From NCBI RefSeq assembly GCF_006345805.1, contig NC_043010.1:61814001-61878000 (forward strand): 64,000 nucleotides of DNA, written 5' to 3'. The notes beneath the pieces were generated by a model. It was not told the DNA's origin. It did not search any database and saw nothing but the letters and a program-made list of their open reading frames with translations. Of the stretch, positions 1 through 11,509 are shown piece after piece (the stretch's first letter is position 1; each line of letters begins with the position of its first letter). This stretch comes from Octopus sinensis. Lineage: Eukaryota. Made by a program: the position numbers and the translations under genes.

Positions 1-126
1 CAAGTTGTTGTCTGCAAGACTCTGGAGCAGAGTTAAAATATGAAGAATTTTTTTTCTTTTTTATTTCCGATTGTAAGAAGAATCTTTGCACTCAGCTGAG
101 TGGGGCACTTAAATGGAGAATTGCTT

Positions 127-1644
127 TTATACAGGGTTTTGTAACCCTGGGTAGAGAGTCTGCCATAACAGAGTACTCATCGGTGTGTACTCTTTGATGT
201 TCTTGCATGAAGTTGGCTTCAAGAAATTGTTCCGGACAGGTTTATGTATTCTTTTGTGATTTTGCATTTCTTCCATGGTGGCAAACTGCTTTGTACATAT
301 GTCACACTGTGGCGGTGAAGTGGGGGCCGGCAAGTGTGACCGCTGGTGAATCAACATTGTATCCCGTTCCGAGAACTGCTGCAGGCAGATCTCACACTGA
401 AACGGTTTATCGACTATTGCAGCGTGCATGTGCTTCTTATGCGCCAGCAGCTGCGCTTTCCTAACAAACTGCTCCCTGCAAATGTCGCAGTGGAACGGCT
501 TTTCACCTGTGTGGGTGCGAGTGTGGATCTGCAGTTTGTCTTTCCGAGCAAACTGCTTCGAGCAAACATCACACTGGAAGGGCTTCTCACCTGTGTGGAT
601 ACGACGGTGTATTTTCAGGTAACATCTCTGAACAAACTGCTTAGGACAGAGGTCGCAATGGAATGGCTTCTCCCCTGTGTGTGTTCTTCGATGGATCTGC
701 AGCCGGTCGCTGCGAGCAAACTGTTTCGAGCAGATCTCGCAGTGGAACGGCTTCTCCCCCGTGTGGGTTCGCTCGTGGATCAACAGTTTGTCTTTCTGAA
801 CAAACTGTTTCGGGCAGTAATTGCAATGAAACAACTTCTCACCTGTGTGTGTTCGCCTATGCAACTGCAGCTTGTCACCACGAGAAAACTGTTTGGTGCA
901 AAATTCACAATGGAACGGCTTCTCACCTGTGTGGATTCTTTGATGAATTTTTAACTTATTTCGCTGAACAAATTGCTTGTCGCAAAGATTGCAATGGAAC
1001 GGTTTCTCGCCTGTGTGCGTGCTTCGGTGGATTTTGAGTTTGTCCTTCCGAGAGAACTGCTTCGGGCAGAACTCGCAATGGAACGGCTTCTCCCCCGTGT
1101 GGATCCGCTCATGGATTTGGAGCTTGTCACGATGAATAAACTGCTTATCGCAGAAACTACAATGGAATAATTTCTCACCTGTGTGCAGTCTTTGATGCAG
1201 TTGCAGCGTATTTCTGCGTGCAAACTGTTTGGGACAAGAATCACACTGAAACTGTTTGACCGGCGGCGCCTCAATTTTGGGTATTATTGGTGCAATCTTG
1301 TTTGGAGTGATGGGGGGTTTGGGACAGACCGGGGGCGTGGGTGGAGCAGCCGGTGGCGGCTTCTCAATGTTATGCATCCGTTCATGGCTCTGGACGTAGC
1401 AGTTCTGTGCAAACTGTTTTCCGTACACGTCAGGGTGGAACAATTTCTGGTTTGAATGAACCAAACCGTGAGTCTGTAGGTAGTAGCCCTGCATGAACTG
1501 GTTGCCGTAAATCTCATTGTGGAAGGGTTTGTCAGTCATGTGGGGCATTCTGTGGTGTGCCATTGTGTTGGGGAGGGGCGAGAACTGGGGCTTTGTAGCA
1601 ATAGCATTGTGGATTGAGGCATCGCTAGGCAGGGTCTCCATCAT
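127..1644 (-). CDS. C2H2 zinc-finger protein, 12 fingers, single coding exon
   Basis: Open ORF (track 127..1671 starts at TTG; first ATG ATG at 1644; in-frame TGA upstream). Ten tandem C-x2-C-x12-H-x3/4-H fingers with TGEKP/TGEKL linkers, two more C-terminal fingers, and a Pro-rich spacer N-terminal to the array. Confidence 0.93.
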   Translation of the reverse strand: MMETLPSDASIHNAIATKPQFSPLPNTMAHHRMPHMTDKPFHNEIYGNQFMQGYYLQTHGLVHSNQKLFHPDVYGKQFAQNCYVQSHERMHNIEKPPPAAPPTPPVCPKPPITPNKIAPIIPKIEAPPVKQFQCDSCPKQFARRNTLQLHQRLHTGEKLFHCSFCDKQFIHRDKLQIHERIHTGEKPFHCEFCPKQFSRKDKLKIHRSTHTGEKPFHCNLCDKQFVQRNKLKIHQRIHTGEKPFHCEFCTKQFSRGDKLQLHRRTHTGEKLFHCNYCPKQFVQKDKLLIHERTHTGEKPFHCEICSKQFARSDRLQIHRRTHTGEKPFHCDLCPKQFVQRCYLKIHRRIHTGEKPFQCDVCSKQFARKDKLQIHTRTHTGEKPFHCDICREQFVRKAQLLAHKKHMHAAIVDKPFQCEICLQQFSERDTMLIHQRSHLPAPTSPPQCDICTKQFATMEEMQNHKRIHKPVRNNFLKPTSCKNIKEYTPMSTLLWQTLYPGLQNPV

Positions 1645-1810
1645 TGATCGAAGGGGGTTTCGTTGTTTCAATGAAAATATTGGTAAGGTTGGAGGTCAGT
1701 GTGTTGTTTTAGGGTAACTGCTTGGTGTGGACTATACAAAGGCTGTCAGATGATGGGGCTCCATGAAAGGGCTTCGCAGATTAATGGTTACCTGAAAATA
1801 AACGAAAGGA
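1645..1810 (-). promoter_or_regulatory. Splice acceptor and 5' UTR part of the ZNF coding exon
   Basis: Minus strand reads tttcctttcgtttattttcag|GTAACC with the exon starting at 1791. A uORF ATG GAG CCC CAT CAT CTG ACA GCC TTT GTA TAG lies at 1764-1732. Confidence 0.65.
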
Positions 1811-2039
1811 AACATTAACTAAAATGTATATTATTGATAGAAAACTGTCATCATATCTGTGGGTGTATCTGTGTGGATGAAAGAGTGTGTGTGTGTGTAC
1901 ACACACACACATATGAATATGTATATGTAAATACATGTGTAAGAATGTGTTCAAACAAAACTAATATAAAACAATTACAGACATGGAATTCAATACATTA
2001 CAAAATATATATATATATGTATATAGGTGTATATATGTA

Positions 2040-2091
<52 letters not shown>

Positions 2092-2612
2092 AGGGAGTAT
2101 AAATCCAAACTTACAGGGGAAAAATTCAATTTAGTATTAAATCAAATTTCACAATATAAATATATAATATATATAAATTAGAGAAAAACCACTTTTATGC
2201 AATTCAAACAATGATAGACATAAACCATATCATAAATAAAAAATAAAATATTGAATTACATAATAGTGTTTTTTCTCTAATTTATATATATATATATATA
2301 TATAATATATATGTAGTTTCATTTATAAAAATACTAATATCCAAAGACACACATCATTTAACAGAGAAGAGTGTTCAGGTAAGAGTGTCACATCATAAAC
2401 AGGGGTTTTGAATTCATTCTGTTTAACACCATTGTTAAAAAAAAAACAAAAAAACATTTCCTTGAGATATTAAGTTAGAATTGCCGAGAATAAGACATTT
2501 CTGCTCTTCTTTGTTTCCGAGGCCTCACGAAAGCGGGAAATACTTGCTTTGTCAAAAGTCAGTGGTTTTGGGGTGAGAAAATGAAAGTGTTTTCCTGTAA
2601 AATGAAACTATT

Positions 2613-3016
2613 GGCGCAGGAGTGGCTGTGTGGTAAGTAGCTTGCTAACCAACCACATGGTTCCGGGTTCAGTCCCACTGCGTGGTATCTTGGGCAAGTG
2701 TCTTCTGCTATAGCCCCGGGCCGACCAATGTCTTGCGAGTGGATTTGGTAGACGGAAACTGAAAGAAGCCTGTCGTATATATGCATATATATATATGTGT
2801 GTATGTGTTTGTGTGTCTGTGTCTGTCCCCCTAGCATTGCTTGACAACCGATGCTGGTGTGTTTACGTCCCCGTCACTTAGCGGTTCAGCAAAAGAGACC
2901 GATAGAATAAGTACTGGGCTTACAAAGAATAAGTCCCGGGGTCGAATTGCTCGACTAGAGGCGGTGCTCCAGCATGGCCGCAGTCAAATGACTGAAACAA
3001 GTAAAAGAGTAAGAGT
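2613..3016 (+). mobile_element. tRNA-derived SINE family A/B, full length, internal (AT)/(GT) microsatellite
   Basis: A-box-like tggctgtgtggtaag, B-box-like ggttcagtccc, CORE-like cttgggcaagt, 3' gactgaaacaagtaaaagagt tail. Near-identical copies recur in the window. Confidence 0.85.
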
Positions 3017-3575
3017 ATTGAACAAAGGTACAATAACGGAGAGCAGAAAGTGTTGCCTGGATACCATGAAACCATCCTGGATTATTAGTGACGGTGGATC
3101 AATCAAATATCTTAATCAATGTGAACAAAAGCGTAATTATTAAGTATATTGAATGATAACAGAACAAAAAAAAAACGATTGACAACAGCTACAGGAGACA
3201 TTTCCCCGCAAAATCTTGGCTTTCTCAGAGCATTCGATTTGGTCCTAATTGAGCCGAAGACATAAAACTTAGGGAGGAGACACAGCATACAAACGGATGC
3301 TTCTGGAAGTGTATCAAAAGCTTTTGTTGCAGGAAAACTGTCATGACTGAAAGATTTTTTCAAGGGAAACTATCACGAAGCCCTTGTGTTATTTGAACAA
3401 ATGACATGGAGGTGTGGGTGGGGAAAGGGGTGGCACTGCAATGTTTGCTCATGAAAACGCTTGCTTTCTGCCATGGGAACAAAAATCCAGTTGGATATTG
3501 GAAAGTTTTCAGCAAAGAAGAAAATATATATGTGTGAATGTAATAAATAGCTATAGTTCTATCCAGTACATTCCA

Positions 3576-3620
<45 letters not shown>

Positions 3621-4009
3621 TACATACATATACACATATAAACATACATACATACATATACATACATACATACACACATATACATACACATACTCATATA
3701 TAAACACATACATACATATACACATATGTGTGTGTGTGTTTGTATATATGTGGATATTTATTGGGGAGTGCGTGTGTGCGTGTGAGTGAATGTCCTGGAT
3801 GTTTCCATTTCATGAATGACGGAGAGTTGTTTTTCTGTAGAGATGAAAGTTTTCAGAAATAAAAAGAAAACATGTTGAAAGACAGAGGAGCAGCAGAGTA
3901 AACCAGCAGTCTCCACATAAAAGGTATGGGGGGGGGGTGATGATGATGATGATGTGTGTGTGTGTGCATTATCTCTTTAGTGAGGTTCAACCTCTGGAGA
4001 TCAATCTTC

Positions 4010-4310
4010 ACCGTGAGCTTGGTGCCATTGATGTTCTATTTAAACTGTTACAGGACAACACCAGCAGGAGAGACATGAGAGGACAGAAGATTCCAGAGGG
4101 ATGATGATGTGGGGGGGGCAAGGACTGTTCATAATGGTTGATGCAGAGCCAAGGAGGTCGGATGCACCAAGGGTGATGGGAGGTGAAAAGACGAGCATGT
4201 TGAAAGTGTGCCTAAGTAGTGGGAGTAGGGGGGCCAGTCATGCGGCTCTGAGGAGGAGAGGCCATTATAGTAACAGTAGGAAAGACAGGATACCTTTGGG
4301 ACAGAGGCTA
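4010..4310 (-). mobile_element. Decayed CR1/Jockey-group LINE ORF2 C-terminal remnant
   Basis: Minus-strand translation across stops and frameshifts gives YYNGLSSSE...SSLWNLLSSHVSP...QFK*NIN, similar to the remnant at 43600-43740. Confidence 0.5.
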
Positions 4311-4400
4311 GAAGAGCATGTCAATTAGCGTTTGAATATTAATTAGCTGAACAACCCTTCCCTGGATGAATAGTAGTAGCAGCATTTCAGATCACATGAA

Positions 4401-5782
4401 TCTTGTGGAGTGTCAGCAACTTTTAAGGGCTGAAATATTTTCTGGCCCTGAAGAGAAGGAGCCAGTCCTTGATGTGCAATCCTAGTTATGTTAAGTATGT
4501 CCAGCATTTGGGGTAATTCTGGGATTGCACCTAGAAAGTTACCCTCTGAGGCACAAGTCTGGGCAAGGTTGTTTGTGGAAGGCCTGCAGTCACCCATGCA
4601 TACCAGCCTCCCCCTCTCGACACCACTGATGTTATCCGAGGGAAAGGCAAAGGGGCCGATACAGTTTGGCACAAGTGACATCACAACTCATTTCTACAGC
4701 TGAGTGAACTGGAGCAATGTGGAATAAAGTGCCTTGCTCAAGAACACAACATGCAGCCCGGTCTGGGAATTGAACTCACAACCTCACGATTGTAAGCTCA
4801 ATGCTCTAACCACTGGAAACGAAAACGGAGCCTATGGAAAATCATGGCAAAAAGTGACAAAAAACAAAGCAGAAAGTGGAGATGAGAGTGAAATGCGACT
4901 GATTGAATGAAAAGGGAAATGGGAGAGAGAGATGAGAATGGTGGTGGTGGTCATGTGGTAGTGGTGGGAGAGAGAAAGAATGGTGTCTCCTGCGTTCACA
5001 CACACACACATGTATGTTTGTATGCACCTGAACACATATCTGGAAAGCCATGCTGAGGATGTATATAGAAGGGAATTGGGTATGGAAGGTGGGGGAAGAG
5101 GGACCGAAGGTGTTGAAGGTGGTCTTTTCATCAGGATGAGGATAAGTTATTAAATTTGATCAACTATAGGGGTCAGTTTGGTTGCATTGTGGTCCAGTTG
5201 TCTTTGGGGGGACATTCACTGCCAATATTATTTAGAACTAAGGAGGTGAGCTGGTGGAATCATTAGCATGCCAAGCAAAACGCTTTGTGGTATTTTGTCT
5301 GTCTATACATTCTGAGTTCAAATGCCACCAAGGTCAACTTAGCCATTCATCCTGTCAGGGTCGATAAAATAAAGACTAGTCGAGTACTGGGGTTGATGTA
5401 ATTGAGTTATCCACTCCCTGAAGTTGCTGGCCTTGTGCCAAAATTTGAAACCAATATTATCTACATGTGCTTAGATGCCATGTACCAAGCTTGCTCTGAT
5501 TTCATGAATGGTGACCTTGAGAGGATCCCTCCGCGGGGCCATGACAACCTTGTTTCTTTTAATAACAAAAAGAGAGGAGAAAAAAAAGCTGAAGCACGAT
5601 TGATGTCAAGGAAACCCCACCATATGGCCACTAAATATGAACAGTGGTCAGCCAGAGCCCTCAGAATTACCCCAAATGCTGGGCATACTTAACATAACTA
5701 GGATTGCACATCAAGGACTGGCCCCTTCTCTTCAAGGCCAGAAAATATTTCAACCCTTAACAGTTGCTGACACTCCACAAGA
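4401..5782. repeat. Pair of 121-bp inverted repeats (4401-4521 and 5662-5782)
   Basis: Manual alignment of the reverse complement: 116/121 identical, no gaps. Confidence 0.9.
4522..4815 (-). mobile_element. tRNA-derived SINE with CORE-like block
   Basis: Minus strand: ccagtggttagagcattg (A box), gagttcaattccc (B box), gtgttcttgagcaaggcacttt (CORE-like). Confidence 0.7.
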
Positions 5783-5942
5783 TATACACACCTGTGGGAC
5801 TTGTATGATTTCCACGTCCCATTGCCTCCTGCCAATCATGACTGACCATGTTTCTGTACCTGGAAACCTTTTCTCCAGCCTTCAAACTTGGACAAAGTTG
5901 TGGTAACAAGATCAGCTGACCATGCAACAACCCCCAAAACCA

Positions 5943-5986
<44 letters not shown>

Positions 5987-6234
5987 GACATTTTTTCTCC
6001 ATGTCAGGATGATGTCCAAGCAAAGACCAAGGGATAACACATTTTGGTACCAATGTCTTTGTAGGTAAATTCAGAACATAAAAGGGTCAAGTAAATACCA
6101 CAAGGCACTCTGTTCAATGTTCTAACGATTTACTACCTTAGATTGGTACACACATATATAGGTGTGTGTGTGTGTGTGTGCAGGAGGAGACCTATTGAGT
6201 CAAGTACATCAACATCAGCAATATCAAAATCAAA

Positions 6235-6510
6235 TCAAATGGAAATTGTAGTTGTGAGCCCCATGCTGGAGGCATATAAAAAGCACCATCCAAATGTTGC
6301 CGATGCCAGCTCCTCTGGCCCCTGTGCTAGTGGCATGTAAAAAGCATCCACTACACTCTCGGAGTGGTTGGCGTAGGAAGGGCATCCAGCTGTAGAAACA
6401 CTGCCAGATCAGATTGGGGCCTGGTGCAGCCCCTGGCTTTCCAGACCCCAGTTGAACTGTCCAACCCATGCTAGCATGGAAAACATATGTTAAACGATGA
6501 TGATGATGTA
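6235..6510 (+). mobile_element. SINE family E (3' part), (GAT)n tail
   Basis: tggttggcgtaggaagggcatccagc block and ccaacccatgctagcatggaaa...gttaaacgatgatgatg end, shared with 7311, 15705 and 19912. Confidence 0.8.
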
Positions 6511-7310
6511 TGGGCTGTGTGGTAAGGATTCTTGCTTCCTAACCAGATGGCTCTGGGTTCAGTCCCACCGAATGTCACTTTGGCCAAGTATTTTCTACAT
6601 GTGTCTATGTCTTATAGTTATCTTCTATTTCCTCAAGCGATTCCAGGATTCTTTCCACTCAGCTGCACTTCCTTCCTGACCTTCACATGTTCCTTTGACG
6701 CTAACTGTAACATTTCCCCCCACCTTCTCCCATCCAACACAATCTTTGCCCACACAAGGTGGTGGCCACTTCCTGTGTCAAATGGCACAACCACAGACAT
6801 CTTGCAGAATATGCCTTTTATTGACCAGAACAGAGTTGATCTAATTTCGGTCCCTTGTGTGTTTACTGTTAGGAAATTATAAATTATAACATGAAGCAAA
6901 CAGGGAAACAGTTTTCATGCTGCCCTGTAAGGGTGAAGTCCATTGTTGAAATGGGGGACGCTATAGTTATTAGCCAAAAACCTGTGAAACTATGACAAAT
7001 TGGCTAGACCCTGGCAAACTTTACAAATAGAGATAATTTTACTCCCACCAGCTTTTTGTGACAGTTTTTTTCTGTGAGATGAAGTTGTTCATTTGGATTC
7101 TGGAAGCTATGATTGTCCGTTCAGTTTATGCGCCTTGTGCTTTGTGGTAGGCATTTATGGATTTATTTTATGCTCCAGGAATTCATCAGAACTTTTGTCA
7201 AATTTTAAAATAATTTCTGTGTCACATTTGGGTCTAAGGTCAAAAACCGAATTTGTACTAATTGGAAATGGAAATCCGGATTTTATAAAATCCAGATTTT
7301 TGGAATGAAT

Positions 7311-7541
7311 CATCATCATCGTTTAGTGTCCGCTTTCCATGCTAGCATGGGTTGGACGGTTCAACTGGGGTCTGGGAAGCCAGAAGGCTGCACCAGGCCC
7401 AGTCTGATCTGGCAGTGTTTCTACGGCTGGATGCCCTTCCTAACACCAACCACTCCATGAGTGTACTGGGTGCTTTTTACGTGCCACCAGCACAGGTGCC
7501 AGACGAGTCTGGCAAACGGCCACGATTGGATGGTGCTTTTT
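7311..7541 (-). mobile_element. SINE family E
   Basis: Reverse-complement match to 6235-6510. Confidence 0.8.
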
Positions 7542-9021
7542 AGTCCGAATTTCTGAACTGTGTATATATGTTACGCTTATAGCTTTTGACTGCACGTATG
7601 GTGTAGCATTTGCTGTTTGTTCATACATATATTCGTTTGTATTATGCTGACTATTAATAATATTTTACAAAAAAAATTCATGATGTGGTGTTGTTTTGAA
7701 TTCACCCTATCCTTGTTGAATCTATAAATTCGGGTTATGGCCACCAGGTGTGTGTCTGTGCTTGACAACTGGTGTTAGTGTTTACATCTCTGTAACTTAG
7801 TGGTTCAACAAAAGAGAGTGATAGAATAAGTATCAAGCTTAAAAAACAAATACCTTTGATCAGATTGACTTGGAAACAAACACAAACACACAAAAGCTAG
7901 ACTGGACAGCTGAGAACACACATGACTAATATGGTCCACCATCATCACCACCGCCACTAGGTGGAGCTATAGTGGAATCGAGTCTCAGTGTTATAGGCTT
8001 GCTACATCAATTCTCACTTGACAACAGGGAAACCTCTATTCCAGGGATGAGGATACAGTTTTAGTACCAGCGATGGGACGTGCGAATTTGTGGGATGCAG
8101 GGAAGAGGGGGAGGGGATCTGTATTGAGAAAAACAATAAATCTTTAATTTTGACAAATTCACAAGAATCATCTTCATCATCTGTTTTCCATGCTGGCATG
8201 GGTTGGATGGTCTCCCGGGGGTGGGCAAGGACAAGAGCAGCACTAAGCTTCATTATTTTGGCTTGGTTTTCCACAGAGGGCACTGGCTGCTTTTTCTATG
8301 GGGACTTCGTTAGGGGTGGGTTTTAAATTTAAAAACGAGAAAGGGAGAGAGCCCTCACTCTCGTTCCACATGATCTACATGTAGCAACTAAATCTTTTAA
8401 CCCACATGGTACAGACTGGTTAATGAAGTTTTCTGACAGACGATATCTGATTAAAAACAAACTGGCCAGACTGGAGCTGCCAGTTCAATCTACAAGCAAT
8501 TTCGGTCATACTGGAGCTGTCTATAAGGGACTGCCTTTAGTAAGATTATTTCCATAAACTCAGTTAATAAGAAAATAAGGCCATTCTGTTTGATAAATTT
8601 ACCAACCATGCTAAGCAGGTCATAAAACTTGCGAGGGGGGGGGGGTAGGAGCTCCATAAAACTACTTGGTGACAGAGCACACATCTCTATAGAACTGGAC
8701 TGGGGTTAAAACAAGGACAAAAAAAACCCACACTAAGATATGAAAACACAGAATACAGAGTATAGCACACTCACACAGATTATAGAACAGAATGCACACA
8801 CACATACATACAGATTACAGACTACACAGACACACAATACTAACACAACCTACACACACAACATAAACATACAGACAAGACAAAAGTATCACAACAATAC
8901 CCCCCTCCTCCTTCCTCTATTAAAATAATTGTTGACATAAAAGAGAGGGGGATAGAGGGAGGTACTGTTTCTCTTTTTCTTTCTCTCTTTCATTACTTCT
9001 TTCACTTTTTTCCTTGAAACA

Positions 9022-11100
9022 GGGAGCCTTCTATGGAGTCGCTCGACTTGCTAGAAATAGCAACCAAAGCTCCCTCGAATCAAACTGCAGTCTAGGAAAA
9101 AAAAAAGGACACGCTAGATAATGTAATCAACTAACATATCCTAAACAGATGGTATGGTCATGGTTGGAATATATCTAATCATAAAACCTGTTTAATTAAG
9201 GTTGACTCGGGGTTAAACAACACCCTCCCCCACCACTGCCGTAACCTTCTCGTCACCTTTTCTCTATACGTCATCATCCCTCCTACCTTCACCACCACCC
9301 TCATAGCATTGCTATCTCTCCCTCTCCCTCTCTTATCTCTCCTAAATCAGTCGCCTAACTCCGTTGCCTCCCACCACTCCCCTCACATTACCATTGTCTT
9401 TTTACACCCTCCCTCTCTTTCCTAACACACTTGTCTCTACCCCTCTCACTCTATACCTCTACGACAATTTCCTCCAACCACTGTTCTTACACGTTCTCCT
9501 CTCCCTTAAGCCCCCTAATTATTTTTTTTATCTCACCGCCTTCCTCTCTTTTACTATCTCTTACTCTTTCTCTTCATTGATTTCTCTCCTTTCTTGCAGG
9601 AGCTCATCTCTCTCTCTCTCCCTGTATCTGGTCACTTCCTTTTCTTCTCCACTCCCCACCGTACCTCTTCCTTCCACTAGTCCTCTCTCTCTCTTCCTTT
9701 CCCATCTTCTTCCACTTACATACCACTCTCCTCCCTCTATCGTATCACTCCCTTCCTTTCTTTTTCTTCCCTTACTCAACGTTACTCTCTCTCTCTCTCT
9801 CTCTCCCTTCCCCTCAGCTTTCTTTCTCGACTCAAGAATTTATCTGACAATCTTAATCCCTCGCAAACGAGCCTCTACGTGGTCGTTCAACTTGCTAAAA
9901 ACAGCAACTAAATTAAAAAAAAAAAAAAGGATACAATGTATTTGTGAAACAAAACCCTAATATACAAAGTCAGACGGTTACGGTTGGGACGCCTTTTGAT
10001 TGTAGGTCTACTCAGTCAGGATTGTCCAGGGGTTAACTAACAACTCAACGCAGCTCTCTTACTCATCCCTCCACCACCACCACTTCCACATTGGTCCTCT
10101 CTCAACTCCCTTCTCTTACCCTCCCACTATAATTCATTCTCTTCTCCCACTCAAAATCCACCCTCCCTCTTCCTTTACCTCTTCCCCTATGGTTATCTCC
10201 CCCCTCCCCTTTCACACACACCCTCTCCCTCTCTTCCTCATCAGTTACCCCCCCCACACACACACCATCTCCGCCATCCCAGTTAGCTCCAGGTCAGCCT
10301 GATCGAACAAACCCCTCATAATCAAAGCCATTTAACCGAAGTCATCCCATCCATTCAGACATAACTGATTAAGCATCTTCCCTTTATTTAAAACACGACA
10401 AGCGAATCCTTTGAGGAACATTTTAGCTGCTATTTCTAGCCGGTCGAACAACCACGTACAAGTTCCCACAATGTTGCTGAGTCCAGATAGACTGGCCATG
10501 ACCATCCAGACAGTGAATTCAAAGATTGGACTGCTATTTCTAGCAGGTCGAAGCTCTCTCTCTCTTTCTGTCTTTAGTTCCCCTCCCACCATAGTTCCGT
10601 TTCCCTCTTCCCCTTATCCTCACTATCTCACACTACCACCCTTACCCCTCTCACATTACAATGTATTATCACACACCACCTTCCTCACACCCACCACACT
10701 CCCGTCTATTACTCCTCACCACTCACTCCTACCTCACACTCTTTTCACTCCCCCCTTCACAGATCGATATTACAAACCACCCCCTCCCTTCTCTCAGCAC
10801 TCTCTCCTGCCCTTTACTCCCACCGCCACCACCACAGTTCACTACCAATAAAACGAGCCAAAGGAACCTCAAGTTGGACGCTCGACCTGCTAGAAATAGC
10901 AGTCAAATCTCTCTGAAATTACTCCCCAAAGTCTTAAATCATTAGATATTATATTTTGTTCAATCAGGACTGACCTAGGGCTAAACAACCCCATAATTTC
11001 ATTCTCCTCCTCCCCAACTCTTCCCCCCCCCGTTAATCCCACTACATTTCCCCCTCTCACCACCACACTACTTCCCCCTCCTTTCTCCCTCCCTCCTTCT
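9022..11100. repeat. CT-rich low-complexity region with interspersed family F repeats (9022-9222 +, 9866-10045 +, 10281-10556 two copies -, 10862-10990 +)
   Basis: Recurrent ctagaaatagcagccaaat ... ggggctaaacaacaac motif separated by pyrimidine-rich spacers. Confidence 0.7.
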
Positions 11101-11427
11101 CTCTAACATACTATCGAATCCCAAAGACGACAGACAGACCGCCATGGAGGAAAATGAAATGAGAGGAGATGGCAATGAAATGACCAGCTTCAGCGAGAGA
11201 AGAGGCTTATTATTGTGACAGGAACACCATTAAAATGGGGGGGGGGGAGTGTTGGCGGTGATGGTGTTGCTATTTTATATAGGAAATAGTAAATGGGTTT
11301 CCGTCGGTTGTGAAACTAAGGAACACAAACACAGCATACACATTATGCTGTGTATAAACACACACACACATTAAATAGATAAATAAACATTTTGTGTAAC
11401 ACATATTGTATGAAAACTTTGTTGGAA

Positions 11428-11509
11428 CAGTCGTCAAATGGTAGAACGCCAGTCGTGTCTACAAGCGATGTGGGTTCGAGTCCAATGGGCAGCCCGCGAA
11501 TGTTTTTTT
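11428..11509 (+). pseudogene. tRNA-derived relic (A box, B box, oligo-T)
   Basis: gtcaaatggtaga, ggttcgagtcc, then ttttttt. Acceptor and anticodon stems do not pair properly. Confidence 0.45.

Noticed and set aside
346-1455. Plus-strand ORFs (e.g. 346..954, 202 aa) overlapping the ZNF
   Set aside because: Antisense shadows of the periodic finger codons; no independent protein features.
9364-9960. 198-aa Leu/Ser/Pro-rich ORF
   Set aside because: Translation of CT-rich low-complexity DNA.
11428-11500. Functional tRNA gene
   Set aside because: The acceptor stem cannot form and the anticodon and T stems have several mismatches; kept only as a relic.
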